Shown here piece after piece: positions 37,740 to 49,477 of a stretch of DNA of 64,000 nucleotides. How positions within the stretch are numbered: position 1 is the first letter of the stretch; each line of letters starts with the position of its first letter. A program made the translations under genes and the position numbers. Source of the DNA: Gemmatimonadaceae bacterium (GTDB lineage Bacteria; Gemmatimonadota; Gemmatimonadetes; Gemmatimonadales; Gemmatimonadaceae); assembly GCA_011525845.1 (NCBI GenBank), contig WYBP01000015.1, positions 46,723 through 110,722 of the forward strand, read 5' to 3'. The notes below the pieces were generated by a model. That model made no database searches, had not been told where the DNA came from, and saw only the letters and a list, made by a program, of their open reading frames with translations.

Positions 37740-38695
37740 AGGCGTTCTCGATCGCCGGCGTCCAGATGCGGGTGAACGCCTCCTACAGCAACGTGGAGGC
37801 GATGAAGCTCAAGCTCGACATCCTCATGCACCTCTATCCCTGGGTGGACATGGTGGTGTTCAGCGAGCTCTGCGCGCACGGGCCGCTCACGATGCACGCG
37901 CAGGAGGTGCCCGGCGCGTTCGAGCAGGAGATGTGCGCCGCGGCCGCGAAGCACGGCGTCTGGCTCCTCCCGGGGAGCGTCTTCGAGCGCCGCGACGGGC
38001 TGATCTTCAACACCGCCTCCGTGATCGACCCGCAGGGGAGCGTGGTGACGCGCTACCGGAAGATGTACCCCTTCTACCCGTACGAGGTGGGGGTCACCCC
38101 GGGCACGGAGTTCTGCGTGTTCGACGTGCCCGAGGTCGGGCGCTTCGGCGTGAGCATCTGCTACGACATGTGGTTCCCCGAGACGACGCGCACGCTCGCC
38201 GTGATGGGAGCGGAGGTGATCCTCCACCCGACGCTCACGGGCACGATCGACCGCGACATCGAGCTCTCGATCGTGCGGGCGTCCGCGGCGATCAACCAGT
38301 GCTACTTCTTCGACGTGAACGGGCTCGACACCGGGGGGAGCGGGCGCAGCATCGTCTGCGGTCCCGACGGCCGCGTGATCTACGAGGCGCAGAACCACGA
38401 GGAGTTCTTCCCGATCGAGCTGGACATGGAGCGGGTGCGCCGGAGCCGCGAGCTGGGCGTGCTGCGGCTCGGGCAGCCGCTCAAGAGCTTCCGCGATAAC
38501 CCGGTCACGTTCGACATCTACCGGCCGGGCGCGCACCTTCCCTACCTGGAGGGCCTCGGCGCGCTGATCAAGCCGTCGCGCGTGAAGGAGCTCGGCGAAC
38601 TGCACCTGCGGGACGAGGCCCGGGGCGCCCTCGAGGCCGGGCTCGGCCCGATCGAGACCGCGTACCGGCCGCCGCACGAGGAGCCGGGCACCTGA
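37736..38695 (+). CDS. Carbon-nitrogen hydrolase (nitrilase superfamily)
   Basis: Glu-Lys-Cys triad in FSEL, YRKMYP and ICYD; ATGA overlap with gabT. Confidence 0.9.
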   Translation: MKAFSIAGVQMRVNASYSNVEAMKLKLDILMHLYPWVDMVVFSELCAHGPLTMHAQEVPGAFEQEMCAAAAKHGVWLLPGSVFERRDGLIFNTASVIDPQGSVVTRYRKMYPFYPYEVGVTPGTEFCVFDVPEVGRFGVSICYDMWFPETTRTLAVMGAEVILHPTLTGTIDRDIELSIVRASAAINQCYFFDVNGLDTGGSGRSIVCGPDGRVIYEAQNHEEFFPIELDMERVRRSRELGVLRLGQPLKSFRDNPVTFDIYRPGAHLPYLEGLGALIKPSRVKELGELHLRDEARGALEAGLGPIETAYRPPHEEPGT

Positions 38696-38754
38696 GCGCG
38701 ACGCATCCCTGACCCTGGACCGGCGGACCGCGCCGGAAGGAGAATGATCGCACC

Positions 38755-39321
38755 ATGGGCAACATCGCACCGACGAAGGGGCGCCCGCGCCTGAAGGACT
38801 TCGTGAGCTGGTTCGAGATCCCGGCGTACGACATCAACCGCGCGGCGGCCTTCTACAACACGATCTACCAGATGGAGATGGAGGTGAACGTGAATGGCGA
38901 CTTCGCCATGGCGTTCTTCCCCGCGGACCGCGGGATCGGCGGCGCCGTGGTCGTGGGACCGGGCTGCACGCCGAGCGCGACCGGGCCGCTCATCTATCTC
39001 AACGCCGGCCAGGACCTGGACAGCGTGCTCGCGCGCGTGGAAGCCGGGGGCGGGCGCGTGATCATGGCGCGCAGCATGATCAGCGAGAGCGCGGGCGCCT
39101 TCGCCCTGATCATCGACAGCGAGGGGAACCGGATCGCGCTGCACGAGGGGCCGCGCGCCGCGGCGACGCAGGCCGATGCGAGGCCGTCGGCGAAGCCGGC
39201 CAAGGCGGCGGGCAAGTCGGCGAAGCCGGCCAGGACGGCCAGGACGGCCAAGACGGCCAAGACGGCCAAGACGGCCAGGACGGCGTCCGCGAGGAAGAAG
39301 CCGGGTAGCAAGTCCCGGTGA
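38755..39321 (+). CDS. VOC-family protein with basic low-complexity C-terminal tail
   Basis: VSWFEIPA..GAFALIIDSEGNRIALH; Lys/Arg/Ala/Thr-rich tail. Confidence 0.88.
   Translation: MGNIAPTKGRPRLKDFVSWFEIPAYDINRAAAFYNTIYQMEMEVNVNGDFAMAFFPADRGIGGAVVVGPGCTPSATGPLIYLNAGQDLDSVLARVEAGGGRVIMARSMISESAGAFALIIDSEGNRIALHEGPRAAATQADARPSAKPAKAAGKSAKPARTARTAKTAKTAKTARTASARKKPGSKSR
39228..39281 (+). repeat. Six tandem copies of 9-bp GGCCA(A/G)GAC
   Basis: Encodes ART-ART-AKT-AKT-AKT-ART in the VOC tail. Confidence 0.9.
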
Positions 39322-42056
39322 GCACCCCCGCCCCCGTCACGCGCCAGCACTTCAACGCGGCACGGCTGCGCGCCTACACCTGGAACCAGCTCAAGCTCGA
39401 GGTGACCTCGCTCGACGAGGGGCGCGGCAAGGCGGCCGCCGCCGGGGCGGTCACCGCCCTGCTCGAGGAGCTCGTCGTGCTCGAGCAGTACTGGGCGTAC
39501 CCGGGGATCGTGCGGGTGCGGCAGCTGCGCGCGCTCGCGGCCGCCGGGCAGTGGCACGCGCTCCACGTCGCCGTGGACCAGATCGTGCGCGCACTGGTGA
39601 GCGGGGCGTTCCGGAACGACCCGCTGCGCACCATCGCGGATCCGGTGGGTCCGGAGGAGGAGGAGGGGGACACCACCGAGCGGCACCGCCAGAACTACTT
39701 CGAGGTGCTCGTCGTCGATGAGATCGACGACGCCGAGGAGGAGGCGCTCAAGGGCCGGGTGCGCAAGTGTCGCGACGCGGCGGACCCGTTCACGTACGAC
39801 GTGATCGTCGCCCGCACCGCCCAGGACGCGCTCATCGCACTCCTCTTCAACCACAACATCCAGTCGGTCGTGGTGAAGTACGGCGTCTCCTTCCCGAGTC
39901 CCAACGCCAGGGGGTTCCTGCGCCCCTTCCTGCGCGCCTTCGACGCGCTCGACCTGAGCACGGTGAGCAAGAGCGACATGGGGCCGGCCCTCGGCGACAT
40001 CGTCCGGGAGTTCCGCCCGGAGGTGGACCGGTACTACGTGACCGACACGCCCGTGCCCGACCTGCACGACAGCACCATCCGCAACTTCCGCCGCATCTTC
40101 TACCGCGCCGAGGACGTGCAGGAGCTGCACCTGACGATCCTGCGCGGGATCCAGGAGCGGTTCGAGGCGCCCTTCTTCACGGCGCTCACGGAGTACAGCA
40201 AGAAGCCGATGGGCGTCTTCCACGCCATGCCGATCTCGCGCGGCAACAGCGTGTTCAAGAGCCGCTGGATCCAGGACTTCGGCGAGTTCTACGGCCGCAA
40301 CCTCTTCCTGGCCGAGACGAGCGCGACCACGGGCGGGCTCGACTCCCTCCTGCAGCCCACGGGGCCGCTCAAGAAGGCACAGGAGCTCGCCGCCCGCGCC
40401 TTCGGCGCGCAGCACACCTTCTTCGCCACCAACGGCACGAGCAGCTCGAACAAGATCGTGGTGCAGGCCCTGGTGGAGCCGGGGGACGTGGTGCTGATCG
40501 ACCGCGACTGCCACAAGAGCCACCACTACGGGATGGTGCTGAGCGGCGCGTACCCGGTCTACCTGCACAGCTATCCGCTCCCCAAGTACAGCATGTACGG
40601 GGCAGTCCCGCTGGAGCACATCCGCGAGAAGCTCCTCAGCCTCCGCGCCGGCGGCCGGCTCGACCGCGTGAAGATGCTCCTCCTCACCAACTGCACCTTC
40701 GACGGCGTGGTCTACAACGTCGAGCGGGTGATGGAGCAGGTGCTCGCGCTCAAGCCGGACATGGTCTTCCTCTGGGACGAGGCCTGGTTCGCCTTCGCGA
40801 ACTTCAGCCACCTGATGCGGCAGCGGACCGCGATGCACGTGGCCGCCAAGCTCCGCCGGAAGTACGACAGCGAGGCATACAAGAAGGAGTACGCGGCGCA
40901 CATCGCGGGGCTCAAGCGCGGCGAGGAGCCCCGCCTCCCCGACCCGGCCAAGGTGCGCATCCGCGTCTACGCCACGCAGAGCACGCACAAGACGCTCAGC
41001 TCGATGCGCCAGGGGAGCATGATCCAGGTCTGGGACGAGGACTTCCGGCGCAAGAGCGAGGCCTCCTTCCACGAGGCCTACATGACGCACACGAGCACGA
41101 GCGCCAACTACCAGATCCTCGGGAGCCTCGACGTGGGGCGGCGCCAGGCCGTGTTCGAGGGGCACGAGCTCGTCGAGAAGGCGATCGAGCTCGGGATGAT
41201 GCTCCGCCGCACGATCCGCGAGCACGAGAAGCTCAAGAAGTGGTTCGACATCATCACGATCGGCGAACTCATCCCCAAGGCGCACCGCGAGAGCGGGATC
41301 GAGGGGTACTACTCGCGCGAGAAGGGGTGGCTCGACATCGAGCGGGCGTGGGCCGAGGACGAGTTCGCGCTCGACCCCACGAAGATCAACCTCTACACCG
41401 GCAAGACGGGGATCGACGGCGACACGTTCAAGAACAAGTACCTGATGGACAAGTACGCGATCCAGGTGAACAAGACCTCGCGCAACAGCGTGCTGTTCAT
41501 GACGAACATCGGCACCACGCGCGGGTCGCTCGCCTACCTGACCAAGGTGCTGCTCGAGATCGCGGCGGACCTCGAGCAGCGGAACGCCGGGATGTCGCCC
41601 CCCGAGAAGCGGCTCCACCTCGGGGCGATCCGCTCCCTGGTGGAGGAGGTCCCGCCCCTCCCTGACTTCGGCCGCTTCCACGACTCCTTCGTGGCGGTGC
41701 CCGGCGTGCCCGGGGGCGACCTGCGCGCCGCGTACTTCCTCGCGTACGACGAGCGGCGCTGCGCGCACCTCAAGCTGCAGGACTGCCTCGAGGCGATGCG
41801 GCAGGGACGCGAGCTCGTCTCGGCGTCCTTCGTCATCCCCTACCCGCCCGGCTTCCCCGTGCTCGTGCCGGGCCAGGTGATCGAGCGCGAGATCATCGAC
41901 TTCCTGATCGCCATCGACGTGAAGGAGATCCACGGCTTCCGGCCGGAGCTCGGCCTGCGCGTCTTCACCGACGAGGCGCTCGGCCGGCAGCGCACCGGGA
42001 CCGCCATCGGTGGGATGCGATCCGCGACCCCAACTCCCAGGAAGAAGGCCAAATGA
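39318..42056 (+). CDS. Long-form Orn/Lys/Arg decarboxylase (PLP fold I)
   Basis: FATNGTSSSNK, DRDCHKSHH, LTNCTFDG, DEAWF, QSTHKTLS (PLP lysine), PYPPGFP. Confidence 0.92.
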   Translation: MSTPAPVTRQHFNAARLRAYTWNQLKLEVTSLDEGRGKAAAAGAVTALLEELVVLEQYWAYPGIVRVRQLRALAAAGQWHALHVAVDQIVRALVSGAFRNDPLRTIADPVGPEEEEGDTTERHRQNYFEVLVVDEIDDAEEEALKGRVRKCRDAADPFTYDVIVARTAQDALIALLFNHNIQSVVVKYGVSFPSPNARGFLRPFLRAFDALDLSTVSKSDMGPALGDIVREFRPEVDRYYVTDTPVPDLHDSTIRNFRRIFYRAEDVQELHLTILRGIQERFEAPFFTALTEYSKKPMGVFHAMPISRGNSVFKSRWIQDFGEFYGRNLFLAETSATTGGLDSLLQPTGPLKKAQELAARAFGAQHTFFATNGTSSSNKIVVQALVEPGDVVLIDRDCHKSHHYGMVLSGAYPVYLHSYPLPKYSMYGAVPLEHIREKLLSLRAGGRLDRVKMLLLTNCTFDGVVYNVERVMEQVLALKPDMVFLWDEAWFAFANFSHLMRQRTAMHVAAKLRRKYDSEAYKKEYAAHIAGLKRGEEPRLPDPAKVRIRVYATQSTHKTLSSMRQGSMIQVWDEDFRRKSEASFHEAYMTHTSTSANYQILGSLDVGRRQAVFEGHELVEKAIELGMMLRRTIREHEKLKKWFDIITIGELIPKAHRESGIEGYYSREKGWLDIERAWAEDEFALDPTKINLYTGKTGIDGDTFKNKYLMDKYAIQVNKTSRNSVLFMTNIGTTRGSLAYLTKVLLEIAADLEQRNAGMSPPEKRLHLGAIRSLVEEVPPLPDFGRFHDSFVAVPGVPGGDLRAAYFLAYDERRCAHLKLQDCLEAMRQGRELVSASFVIPYPPGFPVLVPGQVIEREIIDFLIAIDVKEIHGFRPELGLRVFTDEALGRQRTGTAIGGMRSATPTPRKKAK

Positions 42057-43591
42057 CCAAGCGTACCAGGCGTCCCGCCAAGCCCACGGCGGCGAAGAAG
42101 AAGGCCGCGCGCAAGCGCACGGCCAGCGCGCCGCCCGTCAAGGGCGTGAGCGACATCCGGCGCTTCTTCTACCGGAACGAGACCCCGCTCTACTTCATCA
42201 GCGCCACGAACTTCAACCTCCTCGGTGCCGACGAGTGGGTGAAGGGGTTCAAGTTCATCTCCTACATCGACTGCTTCGACGGGCTGCACCCGAACCTGAT
42301 GACGCCGATGCACGAGGAGCCGCACGCCGAGTTCCAGAGCATCGAGGACATCAACAACTACCTGCTCACGCACAGCGAGGTGCGGGACTACATCGAGAGC
42401 CGGAAGGTGGACGGGGATGCCGGCAAGGCGATGTTCCTGATGTTCGACGAGACGACGGAGGCGCTCGCGAAGAAGGCCGGGCTCGAGGTGATGTTCCCGA
42501 GCGCGAAGATGCGGACCTTCATGGACAACAAGGTCAACACCAACCGCATCGCCGAGAAGGCGGGCGTGCCCTGCGTGCCGTACGTGCTGAGCCGGGTGAA
42601 GGACTACCAGCACCTGCTCACCGTGGCGAGGAAGCTCGGCACCGACCTCGTGGTGCAGACCCCCTTCGGGGACAGCGGCCACACGACCTTCTTCATCAAG
42701 GACGAGGCGGACTACCGGAAGTACGCCAGGGAGATCGAGGCCGAGAAGGAGTGCAAGGTGATGAAGCGGATCAACTGCCGCGGGGCCGCGATGGAGGCCT
42801 GCGTCACGCGCCACGGCACGATCGTCGCGCCCCTCATGACCGAGCTCGTGGGCTTCAAGGAGCTCACCCCCTACAAGGGCGGGTGGTGCGGGAACGAGAT
42901 CTTCGCGGAGACGTTCACGCCGGCGATCCGCCGCAAGGCGCGCCGGTACGCGCGGCTCTTCGGCGACCAGCTCCGCAAGGAGGGGTACAAGGGGTACTTC
43001 GAGCTCGACTTCCTGATCGACCAGGACACGGGCGCGATCTACCTCGGCGAGCTCAACCCCCGCGTCACCGGCGCGAGCAGCATCACCAACCACGCCGTCT
43101 TCGCCATGAGCGATGCCCCGCTCCACCTCTTCCACATGCTGGAGTGGATGGACCAGCCCTACGAGCTGAACGTGACCGCGCTCAACCGGCGCTGGGCGCG
43201 GGACGAGAACATCGACACGTGGGGCCAGATGATCATCAAGCACACCGAGGACGACGTGCGCCGCGTGACCGAGGCGCCGCGCAGCGGCATCTGGCGCATG
43301 CGCGCCGACGGGAGCATCTACTTCTGGCGGATGGACACCCACCGCCGCTACGTGGAGAAGGACAACGAGGCCTTCTTCATGCGCATCACCCGCGTGGGGG
43401 ACTGGCTCTACGAGGGCGCCGACATCGGGATCCTCGTGATGCGCGGCCGGATGATGACCGAGGACTTCCAGCTGACGCCCCGCGCCAAGAAGTGGCTCGC
43501 GGCCATCCGCCGGGAGTACAAGAGCGTCGTGCCGGGCGAGCGTTCGGGCGAGGCGCACCCGATGGAGATCGGCCACTTCAAGATGGTCTGA
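42053..43591 (+). CDS. ATP-grasp-fold ligase of unknown specificity
   Basis: VVQTPFGDSGHTTF, GYFELDF, ELNPR; ATGA overlap; no biotin carrier or carboxyltransferase gene nearby. Confidence 0.8.
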   Translation: MTKRTRRPAKPTAAKKKAARKRTASAPPVKGVSDIRRFFYRNETPLYFISATNFNLLGADEWVKGFKFISYIDCFDGLHPNLMTPMHEEPHAEFQSIEDINNYLLTHSEVRDYIESRKVDGDAGKAMFLMFDETTEALAKKAGLEVMFPSAKMRTFMDNKVNTNRIAEKAGVPCVPYVLSRVKDYQHLLTVARKLGTDLVVQTPFGDSGHTTFFIKDEADYRKYAREIEAEKECKVMKRINCRGAAMEACVTRHGTIVAPLMTELVGFKELTPYKGGWCGNEIFAETFTPAIRRKARRYARLFGDQLRKEGYKGYFELDFLIDQDTGAIYLGELNPRVTGASSITNHAVFAMSDAPLHLFHMLEWMDQPYELNVTALNRRWARDENIDTWGQMIIKHTEDDVRRVTEAPRSGIWRMRADGSIYFWRMDTHRRYVEKDNEAFFMRITRVGDWLYEGADIGILVMRGRMMTEDFQLTPRAKKWLAAIRREYKSVVPGERSGEAHPMEIGHFKMV

Positions 43592-43628
43592 CCCTGCCCC
43601 TCCTCCGCGAACCCGCCGCCATCTCCGG

Positions 43629-44660
43629 ATGCGACTGCACCTGAAGCTCGAGCACGAGCCCTGGCCCGGGGAGCGCTGGCAGCAGCACTTCACGGCCACC
43701 TGGCCCGCGTACCGCCGCTGGTACCTCGGCGAGGGGGAGTCGGCACGCCCGGACCTCGTCACCTGCCAGTCGGTGCTCGAGCTGTACATGCCGGAGCTGC
43801 TCCCGGTGTACCGCAGCCTCTGCCGGCTGGCCGGCGACGATGACGTCGCGTCGCGCTTCCTGACGATGTGGTGCCCGCCCCCCTACCTCGCGGGGTGCTC
43901 GCAGCTCGCGTGGACCGGGCGCGAGCCCACGCTCGTGCGCAACTATGATTTCGACCCGCGCTACTTCGACCAGCGGCTGAAGTACACCGAGTACCGCCGG
44001 CCGGTGATCGGGATGCAGGACAGCGGGTGGGGACTGCTCGACGGGATGAACGCGGACGGGCTCGCCGCGGCGCTCGCCTTCGGGGGGCGGAAGCTCCACG
44101 GCAGGGGGTTCGGCATCCCGCTCGTGGTGCGCTACGTCCTGGAGACCTGCGGCACCGTCGCGGAGGCGTGCGCCGCGCTCTCGCGCGTCCCCGTGCACAT
44201 GAGCTACAACGTCACGCTGGTGGACCGGGGCGCGCACGCCGCCACGGTCTTCCTCAACCCCGACCGCGCGCCCGAGGTGATCGACCGCGCCTGGTGCACC
44301 AACCAGCAGCACCGCGTGGAGTGGGACGAGTACTCCGCCTTCACGCACACGCCGGCGCGCCAGGAGGCGCTCGTCGCCGCCGCGGCGGACCCGGCGCAGT
44401 CGCCGCGCGCGCTCATCGAGCGCTTCCTCAAGCCGCCCCTCTACACGCAGCAGTACTTCCGCGGCTTCGGCACGCTCTACACCGCCGCCTACGACGTCGC
44501 GCGCGGGAAGGTCGCGATCGTCTGGCCCGAGAAGCGGCTCGAGGCGAGCTTCGACCGGTTCGAGCCGCAGGAGGCGGACGTCGTCCTCCTGCGTCCCGTG
44601 GGCCGTCACATGATCAAGGGGAGTGCGCCGCGGCCCGCGGCGAGCGGCGATCCCGGCTAG
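43629..44660 (+). CDS. C45-family autoproteolytic Ntn-hydrolase/acyltransferase
   Basis: AG|CS nucleophile Cys followed by RNYD; DGMNADGL; TNQ. Confidence 0.85.
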   Translation: MRLHLKLEHEPWPGERWQQHFTATWPAYRRWYLGEGESARPDLVTCQSVLELYMPELLPVYRSLCRLAGDDDVASRFLTMWCPPPYLAGCSQLAWTGREPTLVRNYDFDPRYFDQRLKYTEYRRPVIGMQDSGWGLLDGMNADGLAAALAFGGRKLHGRGFGIPLVVRYVLETCGTVAEACAALSRVPVHMSYNVTLVDRGAHAATVFLNPDRAPEVIDRAWCTNQQHRVEWDEYSAFTHTPARQEALVAAAADPAQSPRALIERFLKPPLYTQQYFRGFGTLYTAAYDVARGKVAIVWPEKRLEASFDRFEPQEADVVLLRPVGRHMIKGSAPRPAASGDPG

Positions 44661-45079
44661 CCCTTCCCGCTGCCGATCGCCGGACGGTCCCCCGCCCGAC
44701 GGGCCAGCGCGAGCGTCCCCGACGCGGAACCAGCACCCATCAGCATCGTGACCCCCGCGACGGCGATCGGGAACCCCACGAGGCTCGCGAGCCCCCCGAC
44801 CATGACGCCACCCACGGCGCCCCAGGCCGCGAAGCGGCCGAGCGAGAGCTCATCGAACCGCCGCTTCCCCTCGGCCAGGCCCAGCACCAGCGAGAAGCCC
44901 GCACCACAGAGGAACCCGGGGAGTGCGAGCGTCACGGGCCAGATGTCGATGAAGCCGAGCGGGAGCGCAGGGAAGAGCTCGGACACGAGCTCCACCCCCA
45001 TGCCGACGATCCCCCAGGCGATCGCCCAGGTGAGCCCCATCCCCGCCGCGCCCCGCAACCGCAACAACGCTCTTCGCAT
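44657..45079 (-). CDS. Small hypothetical membrane protein
   Basis: 3-4 hydrophobic segments; starts 18 nt after the katG stop. Confidence 0.7.
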   Translation of the reverse strand: MRRALLRLRGAAGMGLTWAIAWGIVGMGVELVSELFPALPLGFIDIWPVTLALPGFLCGAGFSLVLGLAEGKRRFDELSLGRFAAWGAVGGVMVGGLASLVGFPIAVAGVTMLMGAGSASGTLALARRAGDRPAIGSGKG

Positions 45080-45097
45080 CGCCAGGACTCCCGTCGT

Positions 45098-47362
<2,265 letters not shown>

Positions 47363-47422
47363 CTATCGCGGGCGACGCGCGCGGTGCAGGATTCTGTCGG
47401 ACATCCCCCTACCCCACTGCCG

Positions 47423-47926
47423 ATGCTGACGCGCCTCGCCCACCTCGCCGCCACGATCGCCGTCGCCTGCGCATTCGCGCTCGCGCTCGCACTCGCGCCT
47501 CGCGACACGCACGCCCAGCTCGCCGACGCCAAGGCGCTCACCGCCGAGGCCGTCAAGACGATGCTCGCGACGGCGGAGGCCACGGCGCGTGCCAACCGCT
47601 GGAACGTCTCGATCGCCATCACCGACGCGAACGGCGACCTCCTCGGCTTCCTCCGACTCGACGGGGCGAGCCTGGGGTCGGTGGACATCTCGCTCGGCAA
47701 GGCGCGCACCGCCGCGCGCTACGCGCGCCCCACGAAGGTCTATGCCGACCGCGTGCTCGCCGACACGCTCACGATCCTCTCGGTGCCCGGCGTGGTCGCG
47801 CTGCAGGGCGGGCTGCCGATCGTCGTGGACGGCCGCGTGATCGGCGCCGTGGGCGTGAGCGGCGTGACGAGCGCGCAGGACGAGCAGGTCGCCGCAGCGG
47901 CGATCGCGGCGGTCGTGAAACCGTAG
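47423..47926 (+). CDS. Exported GlcG/HbpS-family heme-binding protein
   Basis: Signal peptide; SIAITDANG, GKARTAA, GGLPI..GAVGVSG..DEQVA. Confidence 0.88.
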   Translation: MLTRLAHLAATIAVACAFALALALAPRDTHAQLADAKALTAEAVKTMLATAEATARANRWNVSIAITDANGDLLGFLRLDGASLGSVDISLGKARTAARYARPTKVYADRVLADTLTILSVPGVVALQGGLPIVVDGRVIGAVGVSGVTSAQDEQVAAAAIAAVVKP

Positions 47927-48190
47927 ATGCCCTCGCTCAAGACCGTCCTGATCGTCGCATTCCTGCTCTACGGCATCCCGCTCTTCAAGCTGCGGTACAC
48001 CTGGCGCTCGACGGTGTACCGTCGCTCCGACTGGAAGATCAACATCCTCCCCTGGTTCGGGCACGACACCGCCGCGCTCTTCACGAACCGGTACTTCCGC
48101 ACCGACGCCGAGCGCGCGATGGCCCGGCGCTTCCGGTGGTACCTTGCAGGGTACCTCGCGCTCTTCGCCCTGATCCTCTGGCTCCCCTGA
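47927..48190 (+). CDS. Small hypothetical membrane protein
   Basis: Two TM segments; ATG directly after the upstream stop codon. Confidence 0.65.
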   Translation: MPSLKTVLIVAFLLYGIPLFKLRYTWRSTVYRRSDWKINILPWFGHDTAALFTNRYFRTDAERAMARRFRWYLAGYLALFALILWLP

Positions 48191-48224
48191 CCGGGCCGCC
48201 ATCCCAGCACACGCCGGAGCCGCC

Positions 48225-48983
48225 GTGGCAGCCAACCTGATCTTCACGCTCGCGGTGAGCATCGCGGTGCAGGCGCTCTTCTTCGCCTTCGCATCGACGC
48301 TCAAGACGGACAAGGTCACCGACCTGTCGTATGGGCTCACCTTCGTGCTCATCGCGCTCGCGCTCCTCGCGCGCAGCGCCGCGCCGGACTTGGCCGCTTA
48401 CGTGCTCGTCGCGATGGTCGTGGCCTGGGGCGTGCGACTCGCGGGGTACCTGCTCTACCGGATCTGGCGCATCGGCCGCGACAAGCGCTTCGACGGCATC
48501 CGCGAGGATTTCTGGCGCTTCTTCAAGTTCTGGTTCTTCCAGGGACTCGCCGTCTGGGTGATCATGCTCCCGGTCACGCTCTGGTTCTCGGACCCCGGCC
48601 CCTGGTCGCCCTGGATGGCGGTCGGCGCGACCGTCTGGCTCGTGGGCCTCGTGATCGAGACCATCGCCGACCAGCAGAAGTTCGCATTCAAGCAGACGCC
48701 GGAGGGCCGCGACCGCTGGACGGACACCGGGCTCTGGCGCTACAGCCGGCACCCGAACTACTTCGGGGAGCTGCTCTGCTGGTGGGGGATCTTCGCCTAC
48801 ACCGCCCCGGGACTCGGCGCGTGGGCGCTGCTCGCGCTCGCGGGTCCGCTGGCCATCACGGGCATCCTGCTCTTCGCCACGGGCATTCCCACGCTGGACG
48901 CGAGCGCCCGCCAGCGCTGGGGTGCGGATCCCGCGTATCAGGAATATCGGAAGCGGACGCGCATGCTCGTGCCCCTGCCTTAG
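48225..48983 (+). CDS. DUF1295 / steroid 5-alpha-reductase-like membrane protein
   Basis: WGVRLAGYL, DKRF, ADQQK, GLWRYSRHPNYFGE. Confidence 0.9.
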   Translation: MAANLIFTLAVSIAVQALFFAFASTLKTDKVTDLSYGLTFVLIALALLARSAAPDLAAYVLVAMVVAWGVRLAGYLLYRIWRIGRDKRFDGIREDFWRFFKFWFFQGLAVWVIMLPVTLWFSDPGPWSPWMAVGATVWLVGLVIETIADQQKFAFKQTPEGRDRWTDTGLWRYSRHPNYFGELLCWWGIFAYTAPGLGAWALLALAGPLAITGILLFATGIPTLDASARQRWGADPAYQEYRKRTRMLVPLP

Positions 48984-49018
48984 CTTTAGTCCATCATCAC
49001 CCCAACCAAAGGAATCCG

Positions 49019-49417
49019 ATGCGGCACGCGTTCGTCTACCACGGCGCCCTCGAGAAGAACCACGCCACCCTGGCCCCCGGTGCCACGACCTTCGTCGGCA
49101 CGGACGGCACCCAGGCCGAGATCGCCCCATGGCCGGAGAGCGCGTACCTGCGGTTCGGGTACATGGAGAAGGCCGGGAAGAAGTTCTGCGTCGTGCGCGC
49201 CGCCGACGCGCAGGGCGACGTGGTGGTCGCCAACGAGCTGGTGCTCGAACCCGGCCGCCACATGGGCTACGGCGTGCGCCTCGGGCCCGAGCCCACGCTC
49301 GTCGAGGATGACTCGGTGATCCTGACGCTGCTCGAGGACCTCATCAAGAAGAACGCCGACAAGGCCGACGCGCTGATGCAGATGCGCGACCGCCTGAAGC
49401 GCGCGATCAAGCGCTGA
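49019..49417 (+). CDS. Hypothetical cytoplasmic protein
   Basis: ATG after AAAGGA; strongly GC3-biased coding-like codons. Confidence 0.7.
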   Translation: MRHAFVYHGALEKNHATLAPGATTFVGTDGTQAEIAPWPESAYLRFGYMEKAGKKFCVVRAADAQGDVVVANELVLEPGRHMGYGVRLGPEPTLVEDDSVILTLLEDLIKKNADKADALMQMRDRLKRAIKR

Positions 49418-49477
49418 CCGCTGCGGTCCGCGGCTGACCGCCGTCCCTTCACGAACCCCGATCCGCAGGAGCAGGCC

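Noticed and set aside
39228-39281. Tandem 9-bp repeats as a CRISPR array or phase-variation tract
   Set aside because: No spacers, the unit is a multiple of 3, and it encodes a low-complexity tail in frame; no cas genes.
38994-41933. 979-aa minus-strand ORF and similar long Arg/Ala/Gly-rich ORFs (9587-11914, 22951-26232, 17355-18908)
   Set aside because: Stop-poor alternative or antisense frames of GC3-biased real genes; no recognisable motifs.
42053-43591. Calling the ATP-grasp protein a biotin carboxylase
   Set aside because: No biotin carrier or carboxyltransferase gene nearby, and I do not see the typical biotin carboxylase N-terminal ANRGEIA motif.
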